A stretch of 64,000 nt of DNA from Marsupella aquatica (Eukaryota > Plantae > Marchantiophyta): positions 2,930,457 through 2,994,456 of the forward strand of contig OZ316894.1 in NCBI GenBank assembly GCA_973895155.1. Reading direction: 5' to 3'. The position numbers were made by a program, and so were the translations under genes. Below, one piece after another: positions 15,658 through 27,500 of the stretch (positions are counted from its first letter, which is position 1; every line of letters begins with the position of its first letter). The notes under the pieces are model-generated. The model did no database searches. It was not told the origin of the DNA and saw only the letters and a list, made by a program, of their open reading frames with translations.

Positions 15658-16341
15658 TCTAGAGGTGGCCTAACATGTAGACAAAGCACTCCATATCAGC
15701 ATTTTCTTGGGCCCATTGCTTGCCACATAGGATCCATAGACACTATACCTGGCCCCCAGAGTTCTTGTAAAGCCAACTGCAACAGGAGTTTTCCATAGAA
15801 GAGAAGGGCAGTTTTCCATAAAAGAGAAGGGTGAGATGGCCCTGAGATGGAAGACTGATAACTTCTTAGAGCCAAAAATGGCATTACTAGAAAACGAGAG
15901 GTTCAACATGTTAAGGCTATGAATGAGATTGTGAGATGGATGGCCGTGCACTATTTCATGGTGACTCAGCTATTTGCACTTCAGAGAGACAAGTAACAGT
16001 CTCACAATCTGTTTCAAGTATAGGTTGCCACTGGTCAACTTGTTCTCACATTCTGGACACAGGGTGATACACGAGATCGCGAGTAAAAAATCAGATGCTA
16101 CCCCTAAGTCTTGTAAAGCCAGGTAGTATGGAATATTGGAAAGCAGATCAGGGACAAGGAGTGATGAGGGTTACTCAACTAAGTTTACCCCTCAGTCCTT
16201 TGCTTGTTGTATTTCTATGGATGCATGGTTATGAGCCATCCCCTCCCTGCCAGCCTGGGCCACGGATTATGACTTTTGGCCCCCCCCGGCTAGCCAACCT
16301 AAAAGGTAGTCCAATTTCAGGCACAACTTTACATGAACAAT

Positions 16342-16579
16342 GAGATATGCTTGATGGGCCCCCAGGTGAACCTTTCTTACCTGATGGGCCCCTAGGTAAC
16401 TTTTTTTACCAAGTAAGACCTCTCTTAATGACCAGTAGGCACCACACAAGGACAGGTGTAGGCACCACACAAGAACAGGTGTACTGGTCATTAAGAGGGG
16501 TCCTACTTGGTAAAAAAAGTTACCTAGGGGCCCATCAGGTAAGAAAGGTTCACCAGGGGGCCCATCAAACATATATCTC
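16342..16579. mobile_element. Mutator-type foldback MITE (238 bp)
   Basis: ~96-bp near-perfect TIRs (16342-16437 / 16482-16579) beginning GAGATA. Spacer is two copies of a 23-bp unit. 10-bp TSD catgaacaat / caagaacaat (1 mismatch). Confidence 0.88.
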
Positions 16580-16821
16580 CAAGAACAATAGAGAAAAACT
16601 ACAGTTGGGGTTTTCCAAGGCCATGGCTCTAATCCATCAGGCTCTCTGTCCTCAATGGTTACATCCCATAACCCCCTTGAGACAATGGGTTAAGCCTGGC
16701 GATTATTGCACATAAAGTAGAAGCCTATGGTGCATGTAGCAAGTGCCCATAGGGTGAATGAATTTTACACACCACTAGAAACACTATTGTTAGTTTATAT
16801 CATGGAGTGTTGTTCCTTATA

Positions 16822-18250
16822 CATATCCAGGCTCTCACTTTTTAATGTGCAATTACCACGACCCATGGGTTACACTATGAGTTATCTCAACCACTAACCG
16901 TTGACACACTTCACCTTCATCTGTTACATGTGATGGTTGTTCCTCATACACGAGCCTGAATATATACAGATTCTTTGAATGTTAACAGGAATGACAACTC
17001 AACGTTCGTTCCATCTGCAAATTTTGGTGGGGCCCTAGAGTCACATTCTAGAGGCTTCACTCTACAAGCCTAGGCCCCAACTTTCTCACACACGAGCCTG
17101 AATATATCGCATTCTTTGAATGTTAACAGGAATGACAACTCATCCTTTGTTCCATCTGCAAATTTTGGTGGGGCCCTAGAGTCAAGGTCTAGAGTCTTCA
17201 CTCTACAAGCCTGGCCCCAACTCTAGCTTCTGTTCGCGGTTTATAGGTAAGATATTCAGGCTCTCGCTTTTTGATATGCAATTACCACAACCCATGGGTT
17301 ATCCTATGAGTTATCTCAACCACTAACCATTGATGCAAGTCACCTTCATCTTGTTCCATGTGATGTTTGTTCCTCACACACGAGCCTGAATATAGCATGT
17401 TCATCTTGGAACATGTCTTTTTTTGTCTTGTAGTGATATAATTTTATGATAAAAGAAGTAGGTAACTAGGTACATATAAAGTATATGCCAAGAAATTAAT
17501 CTCTCTTAATTAAGAGTGAGTGCTATAACACACAAAAACATAAATACACATGCAAAAAAAACATATTATGACCAAGAAAGTACAAAGTTACTAAAGAGTT
17601 GTGCACATACAGTACAGATTTTCACTTCCTTCTAAGTAATGACAGCCAACTCACTTAAAACCATAAATTTTGTTAAGGAGATCACTAGGGGAACTTAGTA
17701 CACTAGATGTGTACATTGTTCAAACTCATTTATCTCACTTTCATTAGAGAAAAGAGAATTCACTAAGGAGTGAATGAAAGATTAAACATTTAAGAGGGGA
17801 GCCAAATACTTTCAAAATACTATAAGTTCACTAAAATTAAAAGGGGTACAAAAGTTAATTCAAAATCAAATTAATACAAATGATTCACTTTCTTAAGGCA
17901 CATTAAAATCAAAATACTTAACACAAAATCTGAATAAGACAAAATGTGAAAGTTGGATTCACCATTATAGCAGCTTGAATCTAATATATGCCCATTCTTT
18001 GAATGTTAATAGGAATGATGACTCAACGTTAGTTCCAGCTGCAAATTTTGGTGGGGCCCTAGAGTCATGGTCTAGAGTCTTCACTCTACAAGCCACAAAG
18101 CCTGGCCCGAACTCAATCTAGCTTCTGTTAGTGAATTACAAGTAAGATATCCAAGCTCTCGCTTTTTGATATGCAATTACCATGACCCATGGGTTACCCT
18201 ATGAGTTATCTCAACCACTCACCATCAACACAATTCACCCTCAGCTGTTT
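16822..18250. repeat. Complex tandem repeat (modules A-B-B-A-[AT-rich insert 17398-17965]-B-A)
   Basis: Module A (acccatgggttac.ctatgagttatctcaaccact) at ~16860, 17290, 18186. Module B (ttctttgaatgttaa.aggaatga...aattttggtggggccctagagtca) at ~16970, 17111, 17995. Confidence 0.85.
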
Positions 18251-19062
18251 CCTGTACTTTTTGATTTCTCTGAATGACTTCTCAGTGAAGCTGAAAAGGA
18301 ACAATCTACTCTGAAGATCATGGGGAAGGATGAGCGATGCAAGCCGTGATGAAGGTTCCTAAGCTTGTAGCATCTGAACATGTTCATTATTTATTGCTTT
18401 GAATGACAGTTCTGAATGACTTCAAGCTGAAGCTGGTCAAAGGGAACGGGTGCGAATGCTCCTCAAATTCATCGTCTCAACGTGTTCATCGCTCTGAAGG
18501 ACTTGCAGCTGAAGGGAACTTACGAAAGAGTGAAGACGGTGTCCTCGACATAAAGAGTGCAAAAGGAATGCAATCTGCTCTTCGAATGGAGAGTATGAGA
18601 TCTTCTCTGATACAGCACCCTCGAAAGATGTTTCAATCTGGACACTTGGGAAGCTGACTCAAAGCAATCTGCCCCGGAGGCAACTGATTCATGAGGACGC
18701 TTGAGACTACAGAGAACCGTCACGTTCAGGTCGCTCTCGTATCGGTGGGGGATCACGAGTCTATACGGAATATCATAAGGGGGGGAAATCGTGCAAGAAC
18801 TTCAAAGAAGGTGGCCGTCTACAGTTGATGGAGGTAGGAATTGCCATTTGACGACACGCCGTCGCCGCTTCTAGTAAGCTATTACGCCACGAGGCTTCCG
18901 CAGATGCTAGTAACTTGCGGATCAAACGTTTGCTGCGCGCCTGGCGCACCTCCACAGGAAATCAGCAAGCCGGGTTCACACAGATTGAGACTGCTAGGAT
19001 TTAGATCGGCCACCGCCTGCGCTCTTAACTAGTCTTTTCAGAGATATATTCCCTCTTCTGTC

Positions 19063-19890
19063 ATGGATCCGCAAGGCAGCTCGCCAGGCACACATCAAAA
19101 CGAGGACTTAGCAGATCCATTTCAAATCAATCGCTACCAATACTTGGCACATCGAAACGGCAAAACTTTCGGGACTGCCAATCCATCTATCATGGAAAAA
19201 CCATTCTGGAAATACATGATTGCGAGAGGCGGTGACGGGTATTCTGTTCGACGACTGTTCCACAACGACAAGGATTTGTTGAATGACTTGGAGCCAGTAT
19301 GGTGCTTCTCTCGCTTTGGTCGCACAGTCACGAAGCTGCCTGACGGACGACATGTCCTCATAGGCGGTGAACACCAGGACTATTATGATCCAGACTTCTG
19401 CATTTACAACGACGTGGTAGTCATCTCCGAACCGCAACGCGTCAATTCATTAACATTTTCCACACCTGAAGACGACATTTGGGACGACTACACTGATCTT
19501 TCTACGGCGTTTCCAAAACCTACCTCGCCAGAGAGCATCACTATTTACGGATATCCTGTCGATGTCTTCCCACCTACAGACTTTCACACATCGACGTATT
19601 ATCGTGATCCTGTACGCGGCAAGGAGTTTATCTTCATCATTGGAGGGTACGGTTACGCCGGGAGTGCTGCGCGTGACCGAACAGACGTTTACCAGCTCGA
19701 TTTGAGCGATTTCACAATACAGCTCCAGGAGACGAGCGGTGCGAAGCCGGCTGGAGGGATTTATGAACACAACGCGGAGCTAATTGACGACGAAGATGGT
19801 GTCGAGGCTGCGATCGAGATCACGACTAGTGCTGGCCAAGCTTTCTCGCTGCTCATCAATAGATTGGAATGGGTTTCGCTTGGCTCATGA
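19063..19890 (+). CDS. Intronless 275-aa Kelch/beta-propeller-like protein of a microbial family (domain often found C-terminal to ankyrin repeats); HGT candidate
   Basis: Clean ATG-to-TGA ORF. Motifs FGTANP..MEKPFW, PVWCFSRFGRT.T.LPDGR.VLIGGEH.DYYDPDFCIYNDV, IYGYP.DVFPPTDFHTST and IFIIGG.GY match a family I recall from bacterial and ascomycete proteins. The hydrophobic-GG pairs are Kelch-like. Family assignment is from recall, not a search. Confidence 0.85.
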   Translation: MDPQGSSPGTHQNEDLADPFQINRYQYLAHRNGKTFGTANPSIMEKPFWKYMIARGGDGYSVRRLFHNDKDLLNDLEPVWCFSRFGRTVTKLPDGRHVLIGGEHQDYYDPDFCIYNDVVVISEPQRVNSLTFSTPEDDIWDDYTDLSTAFPKPTSPESITIYGYPVDVFPPTDFHTSTYYRDPVRGKEFIFIIGGYGYAGSAARDRTDVYQLDLSDFTIQLQETSGAKPAGGIYEHNAELIDDEDGVEAAIEITTSAGQAFSLLINRLEWVSLGS

Positions 19891-20002
19891 ATCTCCAAGT
19901 TGGACATCATTTACGACCCTCAACTGAAAGTGGAAGTCTCCCGATTACTTGGGCACGATTTCTCAATCGCTCTCGACACACGCTTTCGTGGGGTGGACAT
20001 TC

Positions 20003-20140
20003 TGCTAGTGCAAATGTATAATTTTACTCTGCTTGTTTTGGACTTGGGCTGGATATTGTGCTAGGTGCAAATGTAAAATTTCATTCTGCTTGTTTGGGAC
20101 TTGGGCTGGATATTGTGCTAGGTGCAAATGTAAAATTTTA
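20003..20140. repeat. Tandem repeat, ~2.4 x 57 bp
   Basis: gacttgggctggatattgtgctaggtgcaaatgtaaaattt at 20041 and 20098. Confidence 0.9.
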
Positions 20141-20850
20141 TCGCCCTTCATCAAAAACCTGATTTTGTTTTGCACCATCAGATCCCCATACACTCATCCT
20201 ATCGCAAATGTCAACCTGAGCTGCCCTATGTCTGGGCAAGTGTGGCACCATGGGCCAGAATGGAGGAAACTCACTAATGGTGTATGACACAAAGCTCGGT
20301 GAACTCTCGTTGAACAGCAATTGCTATGTAAAAGGCAATCCTGTCAATCTCACAAATCTTAGCGATGTAAATACCTGTCCGGTTAAACATAGAAAACCAT
20401 CATCTATCGATTCCAGAGCTCTACCTGGCATAATATCAAGGGCTTTCATCGTGAAAACCTCTGCCAGTCAACTGTGCATGCTGTTGTTGAAATTCACCCA
20501 AGAATGCTCCGAGAAGAGTTTGACTGTCCATCGATATTCCCCAACTGTGACGGCATAATGACAAAGGCATATGCAATGCAGACTTCCTACTCGGGTAGGA
20601 TCTAAACTTTCATAGTTTCATCACACTCTCTCCTTCATCGGCAGGGGACAATCTGGGCGAGCGCTCTAATTCCTGTGTTCAACAGGCATTTCTCTCCGCA
20701 GCTTCAATTCAACAACTTCTAAGCACACTTTTCAAATCCACCTTGCTACACTTGTTCTGATCAATTGCTTGAACGTTCTAGTTGTCAATTCATTTCGACC
20801 GACGAGGGCCGTCTTTTCACCCGACCCTTGCCGTAACTAAAATAAAACAG

Positions 20851-21600
20851 GGTTGTTATATTTTTGGCGAGGAAGCAAGGTACGGAATAATTACAGTTCA
20901 CCTACCTTGAGTGATCTGACGATTCGTCTGTGTGATCCGTGTGAGGTCAGAGGCTTCTTCTAAAACACATTCCCATAACTCAATGGATTTCCTACAGTAG
21001 ATAAATCTCTGAAGACATTTTCTTGTGCTGTTGTGTCTATCGCTAAATACCACCGCTTTCCACTGTTCTTAGAACATTTCAAAATCATCCAGACTGGATC
21101 CGAAGAAATTAATACCTGAAAGTAACTGTTGTAGCTGAGTGATGAATTGGTACCACTCTCAGGCAGTCAGGCGGGTTTATGAACAGATTCTTGGTCTTTG
21201 CCAACTTTTCTAATGCAGCGTGGTTGAGATTCTCGTCGACAAGTACTTTATTTAATTATGTCGCCAATGTTGTATGTGTGAAGTGATGAAATTCTTCTAG
21301 GGTCACAGCACACCTGCAGCAATGTTTACACGCCTCAGCTGATTCTGTGATGGATCCCAACTATTAACTTCGAAGAAGCAACTCACTCCCGTCTCTTCTG
21401 TCGAAGTCACTTACTCGGAACGAGCTCTCTAGGATGAGCTGCTGAACGAATTAGTACCTCCCGGCGGTTCACAATCTGTCTGAGATAATCTGGCGTCATC
21501 CTGTACAAGGCAATTTAACGCGGAAGCGGAGGTGGTAAGGAAATTGAGATCAGTAGCTATTTTGTGTCGGAAGAATTCCTGGCGCATGGGTGTTGAGTTT
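20851..21600 (+). pseudogene. Heavily decayed receptor-like kinase domain
   Basis: One frame with many stops retains the subdomain order: IFGEEARYGII.VHLP (Gly loop), FVCVIRV (VAVK), DFLQ*INL*RHFLVLL, MNWYH...GLCQL, EILVDKYF (NILLD), QLLTSKK, EVVRKLRSVAILC. Confidence 0.42.
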
Positions 21601-23423
21601 TCAATGCTCTGCACATGGACCGACCTGCAATGACTCAATTGAAGAAGAGCTGAACGAGAGCGTTCTGTGGAATCATGACAGAGCCTGTCGGGAAACAACT
21701 TTAAATGCCACTGTTATCTCAACCATTCGGGCATTTCGAATGTTGACGATGAATACAGTGGCGGAGGGTTCGTATTAGACCGTCAAACATGCCAAAGGCA
21801 AGGAGACTCCCATTCTGAGAGTTTAGAATGCAGCTGTTGGTCCACGTATTCTGACTTGGTGTGCATAGAAAACAGTGGACGAGTGGTAATGTCTGAATGA
21901 TGTTTTCAGTACTAACAAACCGTAGAAGACTCCAATACAAGAGAAAAAAACTTATGTGTTATGCATCCAACATTGTCACAAGTGATCTTTGAATTTAGTC
22001 AGTCTCAAAAAGATCGATTCAAGCTCTGTCTTCAATACTGCCGGCGACAGGATTCTAGAAAGAATATCAACATGATTTGAAAGGAAGCTCTCGCATGGAC
22101 TTCTCCGTTTGCACGGCGAATTCCACCATTGGCAACCGGCGGTCAGAGACGCACTTTTTAGATGCAGAGCTCCCAGCCATTGTCGCAATTATCAAATTAG
22201 TGGGAGTTGTACTCATTGTGTGTGCAATCAGTGGGAGTCTGGCAATTTTTTGTTATTGTACACTGAGAGCTAACATTCCGACCGGCCTAAGGTGCGGAGC
22301 CCACTCACTCACCGGCCTAAGGTGCAGAAAAGGGCTACCGTCCTCGTTATACGATTTCGGCGTTGGCCCCAACTGTCAGCAGGAAGGAACAAAGTCAAGC
22401 CTAAATAAATCTTACTTATTACACCCTTTCCAGCAGAAGAGTCAACGGCACGTACAAATCCGTCGCTAGGATTTGATGCGCATGGTGAGCCAAGAGCCAA
22501 CGTACAGACGAAATGTCCTTTCACAAGGATGAAGCCACCAGCCGAAATATCTGTTCCTTTTGACGCATGAAGTAGCCGAAATCGTATCAAGTGGACGGTG
22601 GTTCACTCGAAGATCACTCGGCACAATGTACACGGCCGAAGGTAACTAGAAGCTCACGGATGAAGCCAACAGCTTTGAATGAGCCAGAGTAACGATGCCC
22701 TCTCACCCGGATGATGAGAGACTCTAGTCAATAGGAATTCGAAGTTGCCACAATTGGCTCAACTAGTACTCATCTTGATCAAAGGTGCGCATGAAAACCT
22801 AAGTGTCGAGGAAATTCATTGACCTTTACAAGTGCATATGACAAACAATCCAGAAGGATACATCCGCCCAGCTACGACAACCTGGATTGTAGTTGTTGGA
22901 ATTTCCAGTTGTCTTGGCTCGAGGTTCGCATAAAATATAACGGACATGCGGAAGACTGCCTTTCGTCTTTCATTATTTAGATGCATAGGACTCAACAAAC
23001 TGCAATTTATCAAGGTACTCAGGTGTGTTGTTAATTCATGTGTTGCTCATACGCCACTATATATGAGTATTAAAATCAGTGAGCTGGTAAAATTTCAGCA
23101 CGATTGCGGCAGATCAAATTTAGACGTTTAGTCAATCCTATCACATTTGCCGACAGTTGTTACAATTACGCAAATATCTGAACTAAACATTTCAAGGATT
23201 CACAATTTCCTTCATCTCAGACACTGTAAGCTCGTGACATACAGCTCATGATCAATGACTCTGTTTCCACAGATCACAGGACAAACTTGGGTAATGCTTG
23301 TCATTTCTCACGGTTGTCAAAACTGATTATGCAACCTTTGGGCACCCCAAATGGCTGTTTTGTATATTCCAATGTATATTCGGAGAGACCTGAAGAGTTA
23401 CAGCCAAATTTCTAGTAATCTTT

Positions 23424-23794
23424 AGCCAAGACCACTGATGTTTATCGCAACACCTTCATTTGCCCTTCTTTTATTCAATGGACAAGGGTAGATCCAGCTA
23501 TTACTATCAAAGCTACTGGACATCAATGCTTTTGGACCTTTGAGTATTCAGACTACAACAACTCTGATGAACAGTCACTAACTTTTGACAATTATCTGAT
23601 ACCAGAGGAGCCAAGACCACTGATGTTTATGGCAATACCTTCATGTGCCCTTCTTTTATTCAATGGACAAGGGTGGATCCAGCTATTAGTATCAAAGCTA
23701 TTGGACATCAACGCTTTTGGACCTATAAGTATTCAGACTATAACAACTCTGATGAACAGTCACTAACTTTTGACAATTATCTGATACCAGAGGA
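23424..23794. repeat. Tandem duplication, 2 x 185 bp
   Basis: agccaagaccactgatgtttat...ttatctgataccagagg starts at 23424 and 23609. Confidence 0.95.
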
Positions 23795-24576
23795 TATCAC
23801 CTACTGTAGTTTCTAGCAAAGCTGGAATCTAGCTGCTATTGATGGATCGTGACGCCCATAGGGGATGATCGATGAATTATGTGCAGAACTAATGTAATCT
23901 GATGATCACATTGCCAAAAAACAAAATACGTCCGCAAGACAGGATCCCAAAGGCAAGAGAGAGTCCGTTTTGCTTTTGTCATGGTGACGGCCATGCTCAG
24001 ATGTCCTCACCCACTACCCAAAAAAATGGTTGTTTACGTTTAAACTTCGAAGAAATTTAAAACTAGCAACCCACAATCGCACGAGTGATGCTCATAGAAG
24101 ACAGAGCCCTCTGGGGAATCTATGCTTTGTGCCGATGTCTTCCGCGCGTGTTGAGGACTATCCCCCACTTCGTGATGCACGCTGAACAACGTAGGGATTC
24201 TCACTGCAACCATCCTCGGAACTGCCCCCGGGGCACTTATCTCCATGCCTGCGAGCATGTGCAAAAGTGGATGTCTAGCCAAAAACTGGGATGGAGTATG
24301 ATATTCGGATAGACTCCTACCCCTGCACAACGATTAAATGGCCCCTATTGTGAAACCGGTTACAATCATTCTTTGTATTGATTCAATGTTGTGATTCTCG
24401 GAAAATATTTTTGAGCTAAAAAGGCCGACTAATTGAACATTTTCGTTTATCTACATTTCAGACGGACTACTAAATTTTTCTAGCAAGCCAACTACCCACC
24501 TGAAAGCAAAGCGCGCAAATCACGGTCAAACATTGTTGCTCTCAGAAACGAGAACACATTCCTTTGCTCCCGATTC

Positions 24577-27500
24577 TCATACTTCCACGTCCCTTCCAGA
24601 TGAGCAGCGGCTTAACGAATTGGTGAGCGTGCGGCTTCGTCTTCTCCAATTAAGTCTAATTCTCCGTGCGTTGAAATAAGGCTTCTCTCGCACCCGAATA
24701 AATTTCAACAGTAATGCAAGGGGCCAGCTAACGAACCCAATGGCAATACATATGAGCCACTGCTGCCAGGTCAAGGCATGCGTGGTAGCAAACTTTTTCA
24801 AAAATTGCACGATCAGAAACTGGAAAACAGCCTCGCAAACGATAATGCCCATGAACAGGTAGTTCCTCGTCAATCCATCGAAGATGTTTTTCTTCTCTGG
24901 ACGTCTGGCGTTCACCTCGTTGAAAATCTGGCAAAAGACGAAAGCATTGAAAAGGATCGTGTTTTTGATGAGCGTAGCATCTGTTTTGTTCTCGAGCTTG
25001 AAGATCTTCTTGCCTCCATAGTTGATTGTCATCAGTACGACAATCTGATAGAGTGCTTGACCAAATAGATTCCTCCACATGACGTTCGTAATCAAAGGTT
25101 CCTTCCGTCCAACAGGAGTCCTCTCCATCAAATCATCTGTCGGTTCCTCTGTTGCCAAGGCAAGTGCTCCCAGTGTGTCCATGATGAGATTCACCCATAA
25201 AAGCTGAACTGCAGTTAATGGAACGTTGCCCGATGATACCGCAGACACGAAATTTATCACAAGCGCCGTCACGTTTACTGTAAGTTGGAACTGGATGAAC
25301 TTCTGAATGTTCGCATAGACAGACCGCCCCCACCGTACCACCTTCACGATTGAAGCAAAGTTGTCATCTAAAATCACAATGTCCGAACTTTCTTTGGCAA
25401 CCTCGGTTCCTGCTATTCCCATGGACAGGCCAACATCAGCATCATGGAGCGCCGGAGCGTCATTTGTACCGTCTCCTGTGACAGCTACCACCTCACCCCT
25501 TGCCTTCAATGCCTTGACAAGTAAGAGTTTGTCTGACGGTGAAGACCTTGCCATCACATCGAGATTCGGTAAAATTCGATCGAGCTGCCCCTGGTCGTAA
25601 AGGCGGAAATCTTTACCCTCAACAACAATCCCGCCAGGGGTGAGAATGCCGCATTCTTCAGCGATAGCCTTGGCGGTGATGATACTGTCTCCCGTAACCA
25701 TCCGGACCTTCACTCCGGCTGCTTGGCACCTCCCAACCGCTTCCCTCACACCTGGCCTGCAAGGATCCTTAATGCCGATCACAGCTACAAAGACAAGTCC
25801 TTGATCTGGGATTGTCCATGTTTTCAGGCCCATCTCGTCATCCAGTGGGATATGCTGAGGCTTCAAATCTTTGTATGCAAAAGCAATGCAACGCAGGCTT
25901 GCGGCAGCCATTCCTTCAATCTGGTTTCTGAACTCCCTAGCATTGTCTGTCGTCATGGCTTGTAACGAACCATCTGCATCCACCCATTTCTCACTGATCT
26001 CCAGAATCATCTCTGCTGCCCCTTTCCAGTGCGCTTTATATGATCCGTCGCAATGCTTTACAACCACCCCAGCTCTTTTCTTCTCTGAGTTGAAAGTCTC
26101 AACATGAATCACGGATGTAGTCCGTTTGATCTCATTGAAATTCATGCCAATCGCAACTCCCCAGGCTAGCGCTGCAGATTCCGTTGGGCTACCTGATATC
26201 TCTGCCTCACCATCTTGAGGAGTAAACACGCAACCACTGCTGTTCTGAGCAATGCCAACAAGAAGAGTTTCATAAAGTTCATGTGGTACGATAGTCTTAA
26301 CCTCCTGAGCTTCCAACTGCTGGCCAGCAACCCAGAACCTCGCCACACTCATCTTATTCAGAGTGAGTGTACCAGTTTTGTCACTGCATATCGTAGTTGC
26401 AGATCCCATCGTTTCACATGCTGCTAAATTCCTTACCAAAGCCTTGTCATTCATCATTTTCCTCATCGAGTAGGCCAATGTCAGAGTGACAGCCAAAGGT
26501 AGGCCTTCAGGAACAGCCACTACGATAATCGTCACGGCAATGGCGAAAATCTTGACGATCTCTTGAATGGCATTCGAAGCCCTTTTGTTCACCTTGAAAT
26601 CCACTGCAAAGAAGTGTATGAAAAGGACAAAAAAGACCACAACTGCAATCAACAATCCGATCTGTCCGATGAACGTTGCCGCTCCATCTAATCGTACCTG
26701 CAGAGGTGTCTGTTCTCCATTGTCTTCTGTAAGAGTTGCCATCACCTGACCCCACTCGGTGTGAGTACCAACAGCCGTCACCAGCATTTTCCCGTATCCG
26801 TCCATAACTTTACAACCGGACAACAGGAAGGGATGCTTGGCATCTTTCATTACAGGCAGGCTTTCACCAGTCATGCTCGACTCATCTAAGGTCAGAGATT
26901 GACCGCATAACAGGAGGCCATCGGCTGGCACCTGATCACCAATGTTGATGGAGACGATATCGCCAACGACAACATCAAAGACTGATGTCTTACGCCTGCG
27001 GCCTCCTCGAAAAACTTCAATCTGTATATTTTTTTTCACATCACTCAAATCTCTAAATTGAAGCGATTGTCGATAATCGCTAGTAGCTGTTACTGCAATG
27101 ACTATGAGGACCGCTGCTATAATGCTTGCACCGTCGTACCAGCCGTCCTTGGGGCCTTGAGACCACATTTCTGTCCCGAGTGAAACCACAGCGCAGAGCA
27201 TCAATATTATGAGAGTCGTATCCTGGCAAGCTTGCCACACAAACGCCCAAAAGGATTTTTCAGGCTTAGGGGGGATTTTATTGCTCCCGAAAGCCTCCTT
27301 TCTTTTCTCGACTTCGTCCCCAGTATCATCAATTCCACCATCACCATTGGATTTCAGAAGCTGAACGATATTTTGAACTCCACCGCGATTTTGGAGTGCA
27401 CCCAGATTCTGATCTTGCATCAGCTGCACGAGGTGAGATGGTCCAATTCCAAAACCTTGAGGGACAGTCGGATCTTTGCTAAATCTTTGCTCGGCAAAAC

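Noticed and set aside
16267-16715. Two near-identical ORFs on opposite strands (MxDGPPGEPFLPDGPLG...)
   Set aside because: Artefact of the inverted repeat of the MITE.
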